DNA of 64,000 nucleotides from Actinomycetota bacterium (GTDB lineage Bacteria; Actinomycetota; UBA4738; HRBIN12). The notes beneath the pieces were generated by a model. It did not search any database. It saw only the letters and a program-made list of their open reading frames with translations, and was not told where the DNA came from. Made by a program: the position numbers and the translations under genes. The stretch is taken from assembly GCA_040902745.1 (NCBI GenBank), contig JBBDWR010000019.1:1156-65155 (forward strand). Direction: 5' to 3'. Below, piece after piece: positions 37,609 to 48,673 of this stretch (the first letter of the stretch is position 1; each line of letters starts with the position of its first letter).

Positions 37609-38961
37609 GTGAGCAGGACGATCGACCGCAACCGGCTGCGCGAGCTGCAGGCGAGAGAGGAGGAACGCTTCGCGCGAGCACATCCGCGCAGCCGCGAGCT
37701 GGGCGAGCGAGCCAAGGGCTCGCTGGTCGGGGGCGTGCCGATGACGTGGATGATAGCGTGGCCGGGAGGCTTCCCCCTGTTCATGGATCATGCATCGGGT
37801 GCGCGGGTGACCGACGTCGACGGACACGAATACGTGGACCTGTGCCTCGGCGACACCGGCGCGATGACGGGCCATGCGCCCGACGCGTCGACGGCAGCGA
37901 TCACCCGGCAGCTCGCCCGCGGCATCACCACGATGCTGCCGACCGAAGACGCGATCTGGGTCGGCGAGGAGCTCACGCGACGCTTCGGTCTGCCCTACTG
38001 GCAGTTCACCCTGACGGCGACCGACGCGAACCGCTTCGCGATCCGCCTGGCGCGGGAGATCACGAAGCGTTCGAAGATCCTCGTGTTCGATCACTGCTAC
38101 CACGGCAGCGTCGACGAGACCGTCGCCACCGTGCGGGATGGAGCGGTGCTCGCCCGTGAAGGAAGCGTCGGGCCGCCGGTGCCACCCGCCGAGACGACGA
38201 GGGTCGTGCAGTTCAACGACGTGGCGGCCGTCGAACGGGCTCTCGCCGACCGCGACGTCGCCTGCCTGCTGACCGAGCCGGCACTCACCAACATCGGGAT
38301 CGTCCTGCCCGACGAGGGGTTCCACGCGCAACTTCGAGAGCTCACGCGGGCGACCGGGACGCTGTTGATGATCGACGAGACCCACACGATCTCGACCGGT
38401 CCCGGCGGCTACACCGCGGCGCATCAGCTGGAACCGGACATCCTCACGATCGGCAAGCCGATCGGCAGCGGGGTCCCCGCGGGCACCTTCGGCATCTCCC
38501 ACGAGGTGATGGAAGGGATGTTCGCCCAGGCCGACGCCGACTACATCGACGGGGGATTCGGGGGAACGCTGGCCGGCAACGCGCTCTCGCTGGCTGCGAT
38601 CCGCGCAACCCTCCAGGACGTGCTCACCGAGGAGGCGTTCGCCCGGATGATCCCCCTCGCCCAACGGTGGGAACAAGGCGTGCGGGAGTCGATCCTGGCT
38701 CACGAGTTGCCCTGGGAGGTCCAGCGGCTGGGCGCTCGCGCCGAGTACTGGTTCTCGCCGGACCCGCCGCGCAACGGCGCCGAGGCGGCCGCAGCGTATG
38801 ACGAACAGCTCGCAGCCTTCACGCACCTGTACGCGTTGAACCGCGGGATCCTGCTGACGCCGTTCCACAACATGGCGTTGATGTCGCCCGCCACTGCGCC
38901 CGCCGACGTGGACCAGCACACGGAGATGTTCGCCGAGATGGCTCGCGAACTCGTGGGCTGA
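37609..38961 (+). CDS. Class III PLP aminotransferase (GSA-aminomutase-like)
   Basis: DVDGHEYVD, CYHG, TEP, IDETHT, IGKPIGSG. Confidence 0.88.
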   Translation: MSRTIDRNRLRELQAREEERFARAHPRSRELGERAKGSLVGGVPMTWMIAWPGGFPLFMDHASGARVTDVDGHEYVDLCLGDTGAMTGHAPDASTAAITRQLARGITTMLPTEDAIWVGEELTRRFGLPYWQFTLTATDANRFAIRLAREITKRSKILVFDHCYHGSVDETVATVRDGAVLAREGSVGPPVPPAETTRVVQFNDVAAVERALADRDVACLLTEPALTNIGIVLPDEGFHAQLRELTRATGTLLMIDETHTISTGPGGYTAAHQLEPDILTIGKPIGSGVPAGTFGISHEVMEGMFAQADADYIDGGFGGTLAGNALSLAAIRATLQDVLTEEAFARMIPLAQRWEQGVRESILAHELPWEVQRLGARAEYWFSPDPPRNGAEAAAAYDEQLAAFTHLYALNRGILLTPFHNMALMSPATAPADVDQHTEMFAEMARELVG

Positions 38962-38971
38962 CCCGCTCGGA

Positions 38972-40181
38972 TCAGCCCTGCACGTCGACGATCGCCATCA
39001 TCCCGTGATCCTCGTGGAACAGGATGTGACAGTGGAACACGAAGGCCCCGGTGAAGTCCTGGAACGGGATCCGGATCACGACCTCCCCGCCGATCGGGAT
39101 GATCACGGTGTCCTGACGTCCCACGGCGTCGTAGGGTTCGCCGTTGACCGACACCACCTGGAAGTCGTTCACGTGGATGTGGAACGGGTGTTGCTCGGTC
39201 GAAGGGTTGCGAAGGGTCCACTCCTCCACCGTGCCCAGCTGCGGCTCCGCGTCGACCCGGTGATGGTTGTACACACGGTCGTTGATGCGGAACGTCGTCG
39301 CGCCGCCGTCTTCCTGGATCGAGAAGGTGAACCGGCGTCGCTCGGCGATCGTCACGTCGGCGAGGTCCTCGAACGGCTGTAGTCCGTCCGAGGAGATCTC
39401 GACCGGGGCAGAGTCCGTGTCGCCCGTCACGGTGACGGAGGCGAGCGTGGTCTCGGGGTAGACCTCGAAACCCTCGTCGTACTTCCTCGTGATCAGCTCG
39501 TGCTCGCCCACGACGCCGCCCTGCACCAAGACGTCGTAGCGCTTACCCGGCGGGAGCACGAGGGAGTCGGCCTCCCGGATCTGCGAGACCGGCCACCCGT
39601 CCTCGGCGATCACGTGGAACACATGGTCGCGCAACTGCACGTCGAAGAATGTGTCGGCCGAGATGTTGCCGATCCTCCAGAGCTCGGTTTCGCCCGAGCC
39701 CAGCTCCAGCGCCGGCTCGAGCTGGCCGTTCACGACGAGCTGCTGACGCTTGACCTGAAGATCGATCGGGATCTCGCCGTCGGAGAACCCGACCTGCTTG
39801 AGCGCGAACACCCGTTGGTCGACGTCCCGCAGAACGGCGGGGAGCAGCTCGCTGAGCCCGTCCACGATCATCATGCCGCTCATCCCTCGGTAGACCTGCT
39901 GCTCCGAGTCGCGGTGGATGTGGGAGTGGTACCAGAACGTCCCCGGCTCGTGGTCGGAAGGGATCTCGAGCCGGTAGTGCGCCGTGGTCGCCGGATCGAC
40001 CACCCGGAAGATGTTGTCGGACTCGCCGCTCGGCGAGACGTGGAGCCCGTGGAAGTGCAGGTTCACCGGCTCGCCGCTGTCGTTGACCAGATCGAGCTCC
40101 ACGGTGTCCCCGGGTGAGAAACGCAGCGTCGGCATGATCCGCAACGACACACAGCACGGACCAACGACCCCTCCGACCCAT
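38972..40181 (-). pseudogene. Multicopper oxidase with a 5' internal deletion (signal-peptide start out of frame; in-frame remainder 40135-38972)
   Basis: LHFHG, WYHSH, HPFHIH and HCHILFHEDHGM intact; RBS GAGGGAG + MGRRGRWSVLCVVA at 40181 runs out of frame into IMPTLRFSPGD. Confidence 0.7.
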
Positions 40182-40277
40182 CGATCGCTCCCTCGCACCC
40201 GTTGCGTCAGAGTCTGCCCCGGCCGCACAGGTCCCTCAAGGACCCGAGCGAGGTTGGTGCATCCGGAGCAGAGGACC

Positions 40278-41462
40278 TCAGCCCGCGGGGTCCTCGATCC
40301 GGTCGACGTCGCTCGCTTCGCCGTGGTGTTCGGCGCGGAGCCCGACGAGCGGGATGAATCCCAGCACCGCTACGACGCCTCCGACGACGAGGGTCTGCCC
40401 GTACCCGAACGCGGCTGCGACGCCACCGAGGGTCGCGGCCCCGACCCCGTAGGAGAGGTCGAAGAACGCCGTGAACGTGCCGACGACCGAGCCGCGTTCG
40501 GAAGCCGGCGCGCGTCCCACGGCGAGCGACATCAGCGAGGGGAACGCGAGCCCTTGTCCGACCGCGAACACCGCGGTCCCCGCGAACAGACCGGACGGCG
40601 TCTGCCACGCACCCATCACCAGCAAACCGATCGCGTTGGCACCGAGTGCGAGTTGCGCACATCGCACGAAGCCGAGCCGGTCCGGGAGCCGCGCCCCCGC
40701 ACTGCGGATCACGAGCACGATCACCGCGAACTCCACGAAGACGAGACGTGCGCCGTCGAGCCCGAGCGATCGGGCGTACAGGGCTGCGAACGCACTGAAC
40801 CCGGCGAACCCCCAGATGCTCGCGATCAGCACGAGTCCGGGACGGACGGCGGCCGGGTGCACGAGCCGGCTGGTGGTGCGGTCCGCGGGCGCGACGGTCC
40901 GCGTCTCGGGGACGCCGATCGCCAGCAGCATCGCCACTCCGCCGGCGGCGGCCGACACGAACCACACGGCGTGGTAGCTGATCGCGTCCAGCACGAGTTC
41001 GCCGATCACCGGTCCGACGGCGAGCGCCCCGTAGAGCGCCAGGGAGAACAAGCTGACCGCCTCCCCGCGCCGGGAGTCGGGGGCGAGATCGTTGATCGCC
41101 GCCGCTGCACCCACGAAGAAACAGGCCTCCGCGACGCCGGCCAGCAGTCGGAAGGCGACGATCCCCGCGACCGAGCCCGCCACCACGTACCCGAGGCCCG
41201 AGAGTGCCGAGAGTGCGCCTCCCACCAGGAGCAGGATCCGTCGGCCTTTCGCGTCTCCGAGCCTGCCGGCGTACGGACGCAGCACCAGAGACGTCACGGC
41301 GAACGCCCCGACGACGATGCCGACCTGCACCGACCCCCCGCCGAGCGGTCCGCGCACGTACAGCGGCAGGGTCGGCAACAGCACACCGACGGCGACGAAG
41401 TAGGCGAACGTCGCGCAGGTGACGAGTACGAAGGTCGGGGTCACGAGCGGAGGACGAGCCAT
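40278..41462 (-). CDS. MFS transporter
   Basis: About 12 TM segments; GRLGDAKGRR motif A and its repeat PDRLG. Confidence 0.9.
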   Translation of the reverse strand: MARPPLVTPTFVLVTCATFAYFVAVGVLLPTLPLYVRGPLGGGSVQVGIVVGAFAVTSLVLRPYAGRLGDAKGRRILLLVGGALSALSGLGYVVAGSVAGIVAFRLLAGVAEACFFVGAAAAINDLAPDSRRGEAVSLFSLALYGALAVGPVIGELVLDAISYHAVWFVSAAAGGVAMLLAIGVPETRTVAPADRTTSRLVHPAAVRPGLVLIASIWGFAGFSAFAALYARSLGLDGARLVFVEFAVIVLVIRSAGARLPDRLGFVRCAQLALGANAIGLLVMGAWQTPSGLFAGTAVFAVGQGLAFPSLMSLAVGRAPASERGSVVGTFTAFFDLSYGVGAATLGGVAAAFGYGQTLVVGGVVAVLGFIPLVGLRAEHHGEASDVDRIEDPAG

Positions 41463-41553
41463 GGTCCGGCCGGGATCGGACGATCGGTCGGGTCGGAACA
41501 TGGCCACATGACACCACAGACGCTCGGTGCGGCCGGGCCCGGCGCGTTCGGAG

Positions 41554-42144
41554 CTAGTTCGTCACGCCGACGATGTGCCCGATCCAGTCGTCGTGGCCGA
41601 GGGCATCGAGCACCGCCGCGGCGAGATCTCCCCGGGTGATCGAGCGTCCTGGCGCCGGCACGTCGAGCGCGTGCCGGTAGCTCCCGATCGGCGGGTCGTC
41701 CTTGAGCCACGGTGGCGCGAGCACGGACCACGCGGTCTCCCCGTCGCGCAAGATCGCCACGTCGCGACGATGCTCCTGTGCCGCCGCGGCGTACGGGCCC
41801 GTGACCGCTTCGTCGTCGAATACGCTCGTGTTGGCGGTGATCACGATGCGGCGGACGCCCGAGGAGGCCATCGCCGTCGTGATCGTGCGGGTCGCTTCGG
41901 ACAGGTCCGTCGTCGGCTCGGTCCTCGAGCCGATCCCCAGCACCGACACGACCGCATCCGTGTCCTCGACCGCCGCGCGAACCGCTCCAGCATCGCGCGC
42001 GTCGCCGGTCGCGACGCGAACCGAGGCGTCGAAGACCGCATCGGCTGACCGGGTGAACGCGGTCAGATCGAGGCCGCGATCGAGCCCTTCGCGAACCACC
42101 AACCTGCCGGTGGCTCCGGTGGCCCCGAACACGGTGACGCGCAT
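41554..42144 (-). CDS. NAD(P)H-binding flavin reductase/BVR-B-like protein
   Basis: VFGATGATG, ITRGDLA. Confidence 0.85.
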   Translation of the reverse strand: MRVTVFGATGATGRLVVREGLDRGLDLTAFTRSADAVFDASVRVATGDARDAGAVRAAVEDTDAVVSVLGIGSRTEPTTDLSEATRTITTAMASSGVRRIVITANTSVFDDEAVTGPYAAAAQEHRRDVAILRDGETAWSVLAPPWLKDDPPIGSYRHALDVPAPGRSITRGDLAAAVLDALGHDDWIGHIVGVTN

Positions 42145-42196
42145 ACCGACGGCTTCTCCTCGAACGGTCGAGCGCGGGGAACGAACCCGGCTCGGG

Positions 42197-42439
42197 TCAG
42201 CGAAAGATCAACAACGCGAGCCCGGCAAGGGCGATCACGACGACGACTGCCCCGGCGATCCACATCAGCGCGCGGCCGGCGCCCGACCCTTCGAGGCGAT
42301 CGACCGGGACGCCGCCGTCCTGCATCACCATGTGCCGTTCCTCGCGCTGGGATTCCCTGACGTCCTCGGGCGACCCGACCTTCGGAAGATGCTTGCGCGG
42401 TCCTCCCTTGCGACTCTTCTTCTTGCCTCCACTTCCCAT
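42197..42439 (-). CDS. Small basic membrane-anchored protein
   Basis: Lys-rich N-terminus, single C-terminal TM segment; leaderless TAGGCT 7 nt upstream. Confidence 0.65.
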   Translation of the reverse strand: MGSGGKKKSRKGGPRKHLPKVGSPEDVRESQREERHMVMQDGGVPVDRLEGSGAGRALMWIAGAVVVVIALAGLALLIFR

Positions 42440-42516
42440 GATGGGCAGCCTACACCGGGTCCGTGACCGCGGGGGGACAACTCACCCGCTCCCACCGGAC
42501 CCGGTGCGCGGATGGA

Positions 42517-44889
<2,373 letters not shown>

Positions 44890-44958
44890 CTCGATCTCCT
44901 GCGTTGTCGGTGGAGCGGGTGGAAGGTTTCCCGGACAGTTCAACCCGTCATGCGGGTG

Positions 44959-44984
44959 AACCCCTCCAGGCACGGAAGTATTCC
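44959..44984 (-). promoter_or_regulatory. SigR/SigH-type promoter of lon
   Basis: GGAAT-N18-GTT exact match on the minus strand; imperfect inverted repeat TTCAACCCG-TCATG-CGGGTGAA overlaps the -10. Confidence 0.7.
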
Positions 44985-45061
44985 TGTAAGCGCCATTACA
45001 CGTGCTGGGGGCACCGAACAGGTAGCGTGGCGCTCACCCCCGCTCGCAAGGGAGAGCACCG

Positions 45062-45904
45062 GTGACGCCAGAGCATCTGCGGATCGCGACCTACCTGGCT
45101 CCCGGCGTGCGCGAGACCTACGAGCTCGCCGCGCTACGGATCGGAGAAGCCCTCGGAGTCCCGGCTGAACTCGTCGTGGGCGAAGATCCCGAGCAGCTCG
45201 CCCGCGGAGAGGAGCATGTCGCCTTCTTATGCTCCCCCCCGGCCCTCGACCTGGCCGACCGCACCCCTGCCGCCGTCGAGATCCTCGCCGCCCCCGTGCT
45301 GACCGACGAGCGGTTCGAAGGGCGCCCCGTCTACGCCTCGGACGTCGTGGTTCGCGCCGATGATCCTGCGCGGGAGCTGAAAGACCTTCGCGGGCGGGCA
45401 TGGGCCTACAACGAGGAGTCCTCCTTCTCCGGCTACGGGGCGTTGCTCGCCGCCGTCGCGGACGCGGGCGATGGGCCGGAGTTCTTCGGCTCGTTCGTCC
45501 GTGCGGGGTTCCACAGCCGGGCGCTGCGATTGGTGGCCGATGCCGCCGTCGACGCGGCCGCGATCGATACGCAGGTGCTGGCGTTGGAACTTCGGGACGA
45601 CCCGACCCTGGAGCGCTCGCTCCGCGTGGTGACCCAGCTCGGCCCCGTCACGATCCAACCGGTGGTCGCCTCGACCACGCTGGCACCGACGGCGCGCCGC
45701 CGGATCCGCGATGTGCTCCTGCAGCTGAACGACCGACCCGAGGACCGGGCCGTTATCCGCGAGACTCTGATCGATCGGTTCGTCGCGATGACGGCTTCCG
45801 ACTACGACGACATCCGCGAACTGCGCAGATCGATCCGACGATCGGGATTGGAACAGATCGGCGGCGCGAGTGGCTGTGCTCCGGGATCGGGGCGAGCTTC
45901 ATGA
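45062..45904 (+). CDS. PhnD/transferrin-like substrate-binding-fold protein without a signal peptide
   Basis: PVYASDVVVRAD, DLRGRAWAYNEESSFSGY, GFHSRAL, DAAAID. Confidence 0.8.
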   Translation: MTPEHLRIATYLAPGVRETYELAALRIGEALGVPAELVVGEDPEQLARGEEHVAFLCSPPALDLADRTPAAVEILAAPVLTDERFEGRPVYASDVVVRADDPARELKDLRGRAWAYNEESSFSGYGALLAAVADAGDGPEFFGSFVRAGFHSRALRLVADAAVDAAAIDTQVLALELRDDPTLERSLRVVTQLGPVTIQPVVASTTLAPTARRRIRDVLLQLNDRPEDRAVIRETLIDRFVAMTASDYDDIRELRRSIRRSGLEQIGGASGCAPGSGRAS

Positions 45905-46021
45905 CCTCGGATCCGTGCCTGCGGAAGACCATCGGCCGGGGTGGTCCCCCATCCGGGGACGGGTTGCGAAAAAGGGGGAGATCGGGACTCAAGGTCGGGG
46001 GGGCCCGGACCGATACCTGAT

Positions 46022-46243
46022 ACGTACCGGGAACCGGGTACCGCCCGCTAGACCGCAACCGGTAGATGCGAACCCACCACGAAGGACCGGAGCAGCCGCC
46101 GCTAGCTCCGCCGGGAACTGAGGGGGGCGACGGCGAACGGGGTCATCTCCACCAAGCTGACCCTGCAGCCGCATCCACCCGGCACCGGAGGATCCGCATC
46201 GCAGCGCGAGGCAGAGATGTCGAGGGCCCCCCCGAGGGGGCCC
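46022..46243 (+). ncRNA. Candidate structured small RNA of about 220 nt
   Basis: Intergenic; upstream TCAA-N16-ACCGATAC sigma28-like promoter, several hairpins, terminal GC stem-loop. Confidence 0.4.
46224..46243. terminator. GC-rich stem-loop, possibly a bidirectional terminator
   Basis: GGGCCCCC-CCGA-GGGGGCCC between convergent transcription units. Confidence 0.65.
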
Positions 46244-46270
46244 GCAGCGCGTCCCGAGAAAGTGGCCCGG

Positions 46271-47362
46271 TCAGCGGTAGTACGGATCGAGCGCCATGTT
46301 CCGCCAGGCCTCCTGTGCGGCTCCGGAGGAGTAGACCCACCAGTTGCACCGCGAATCCGAGTTGAAGTAGAGGAGCGCCTCGAGGTTGCGCCAGCGGTCG
46401 GACTTGAACGTGCGGCGCGCGTCGGTGATCCACGCTGCCTTCGAGGGACGGCCCTGGACGCTCTCGGTGGTCCCCCACTCGGCCACGATCAGCTTCTTGC
46501 CTTTGGAGCGGGCCCACTCGTAGCTCGGCCGTATCGTCTCCCCGAGCCATCGGTACTTGCGCCCGCTCTCGCACTTGTCCCAGTTGTAGGCGGTGACCGC
46601 GACGCGGTTCACATGGTCCTTGCCCGGCCAGAACTTCGTGGCATGCCCGTTCTCCAGGCCCCACGCGGTCACCGTCCAGGACCAATACACCTTGTCGGCG
46701 GCCCCCTCTTCCCGGAAGATCCGACGGATCCTCCACCAGGCGCGCTTGAAGGCCTCGGCGTTGCCGTTGTTCTGCGTCGAGTCCTGGCCCTCACACTCGT
46801 GGTTGAAGCACAGGTAGATCTTCTTCGTCGCGTGCGAACCGCGATTGGCCATCGTCCGGTAGAACGCCTTCACGGCGCGAGCGCGGTGCCGGATCACGTC
46901 GTCGTGGGCGCCCCGCCCGATCGAGTCCCAGGAGATGTACCGCCGGCGGCCGTCGCGCACGTCCATCGGTTTCCAGGAGATGAAGAGCTTGCGACCCCGT
47001 CGACCGTCGAGCGTCGGCGACGCGCTCCAGTAGTCCAGCGGAGTGGGCCACGCGTGCCGCCACTGGTAGTAGATCCGATGCATCCCCAGCCGGCGTCCGG
47101 AGCGCTGCTCCAGCGTCATCAGGGCATCTCGCATCGTGGACCAATCTTTGCCGCGATTGGAAGCGAAGTTGAGGTCGCTTCGCCACGGAGCCGCGTGGGC
47201 TCCAAGGATCACCTTCCCCCCGCCCGGGTACCCGGCATCCGCGGGTCCGGCAAGAGGGCCGAGGTCGCCGAGGACGCGGGCCGCCGTGAGTCCGGCTGCG
47301 CCCGCGCCGAGGCGCCGGAGCGCCTCGCGTCGGGAGATCCCGTGCTCGTCGGGTGTCAGCAT
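46271..47362 (-). CDS. Tat-exported GH26-like glycoside hydrolase
   Basis: SRREALRR Tat signal; FISW, CFNHECEG (acid/base), FWPG, IVAEWG (nucleophile), LYFN. Confidence 0.78.
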   Translation of the reverse strand: MLTPDEHGISRREALRRLGAGAAGLTAARVLGDLGPLAGPADAGYPGGGKVILGAHAAPWRSDLNFASNRGKDWSTMRDALMTLEQRSGRRLGMHRIYYQWRHAWPTPLDYWSASPTLDGRRGRKLFISWKPMDVRDGRRRYISWDSIGRGAHDDVIRHRARAVKAFYRTMANRGSHATKKIYLCFNHECEGQDSTQNNGNAEAFKRAWWRIRRIFREEGAADKVYWSWTVTAWGLENGHATKFWPGKDHVNRVAVTAYNWDKCESGRKYRWLGETIRPSYEWARSKGKKLIVAEWGTTESVQGRPSKAAWITDARRTFKSDRWRNLEALLYFNSDSRCNWWVYSSGAAQEAWRNMALDPYYR

Positions 47363-47547
47363 GTCTTCCCCATTTCTCCCGGAGGTCCGGAGGGCAGCGT
47401 CGAGCAACGCAGGTGCTCCGGGATCGGGGCGGATACTAGTGGCCACTCCGCGAGGGAACAACGACCCAGGTCACAACCCCCGCGCGAACCCGTGCCTGTT
47501 CCATGCCTGGCAGATCCACCGCCCGGATCCTTTCGGCACCCAGCGGC

Positions 47548-47810
47548 TCAGCGCGCGAGGGCCCGCGCGAACTCGATCAGCGGGGTGGCTCCGAACCCCT
47601 CGGCCAGATGCATGGCGGCCTCGGCGGCGGCGCGCCGATCCGCGCCGAGTCCGAGAGCGTCGAAGCAGCGAGCGCGCTTCAGGAGGGCGAATAACGTCTC
47701 CGACCCGGATCCATATCCCTCCCAGCCCTCGGCGACGAGGCCGTACGCCGAGGCCGCCTCCTCGAGGCGCCCGCGCGCCTCGGCGATCGCCGCGGTTCCC
47801 GCCCGGATCC
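47548..47810 (-). pseudogene. C-terminal TPR-like fragment of an AAA/adenylate-cyclase-type regulator
   Basis: AAIAEARGRLEEAASAYGLVAEGWEGYG...RARC...LAEGFGATPLIE; no plausible start, upstream DNA is the SDR promoter. Confidence 0.45.
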
Positions 47811-47845
47811 CGAGCTCGCCGCGCCACGCGCGCCTTCGGCACGGC

Positions 47846-47874
47846 TTGTCCGTGGGGCGGCGCGCCCGTAGGCT
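47846..47874 (+). promoter_or_regulatory. SigA-type leaderless promoter
   Basis: TTGTCC-N17-TAGGCT-N7-ATG(47882). Confidence 0.7.
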
Positions 47875-47881
47875 CCTGCGG

Positions 47882-48673
47882 ATGCGCGACTTCACGGGCA
47901 CCAACGTCCTCGTCACCGGCGGTTCGAGCGGGATCGGCGCCGCCGTCGTTCATGCGTTCGCCGACGCGGGCGCTCGGGTCCGTTCGATCGGCCGAGATCC
48001 GGGCCGGCTGGAAGCCGTGCGCCAGGCGGCAGCGGCCCCGCAGCGGATCGACACCGCGGTGATGGACGTGGCCGAACCGACCGCCGTTCGCGCGATGGTG
48101 CTCGACGCGATCGAGGACCTGGGGGCGCTCGACGTCCTCGTGAACAACGCGGGAGTCGCGTTCGCGACGCCGGTGCTCGACCTGCCGCTCGCGCAGTGGC
48201 GACAGACGCTCTCGGTCAACCTCGACGCCCCCTTCATCGCGAGCCAAGTCGCCGCTCGGCACATGGTCGAGCGGGGCGGCGGTGCGATCGTCAACATCGC
48301 CTCGGTCGACGCGTTCCAGGCCGAGGCTCCGCAGGCCGACTACAACGTCTCGAAGGCGGCGCTCGTGATGCTGACGCGCTCGTTCGCCCTCGAGCTCGGT
48401 CACCTCGGTGTCCGGGTCAATGCGGTCGCACCCGGAGAGACGCGCACCGCGATGATCGCCGAGGAAGTCGACCGCGAAGATTTCCGGGAGCACTACCTCC
48501 GCAAGATCCCGATGCGGCGGTTCGCAGAAGCGGAGGAGATCGCCTCCGTCGTGTGCTTCCTCGCGTCGCAGGAGGCATCCTTCGTCACGGGGGAGACGAT
48601 CGTGGTCGACGGCGGTGGCTTGTCCGGCGGCTGGTATGACCCTCGGGACGAGCCCGGTTCGACCCCCAGCTAA
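47882..48673 (+). CDS. SDR family oxidoreductase (FabG-like)
   Basis: VTGGSSGIG, VNNAG, YNVSK, NAVAPG. Confidence 0.92.
   Translation: MRDFTGTNVLVTGGSSGIGAAVVHAFADAGARVRSIGRDPGRLEAVRQAAAAPQRIDTAVMDVAEPTAVRAMVLDAIEDLGALDVLVNNAGVAFATPVLDLPLAQWRQTLSVNLDAPFIASQVAARHMVERGGGAIVNIASVDAFQAEAPQADYNVSKAALVMLTRSFALELGHLGVRVNAVAPGETRTAMIAEEVDREDFREHYLRKIPMRRFAEAEEIASVVCFLASQEASFVTGETIVVDGGGLSGGWYDPRDEPGSTPS

Noticed and set aside
46139-46154. tmRNA/tRNA-like 3' end (CATCTCCACCA)
   Set aside because: No preceding T-arm (GTTCRA) and no matching 5' acceptor strand
46066-46365. 99-aa ORF in the candidate RNA region
   Set aside because: No RBS, low-information composition, and it crosses the terminator into the convergent GH26 gene
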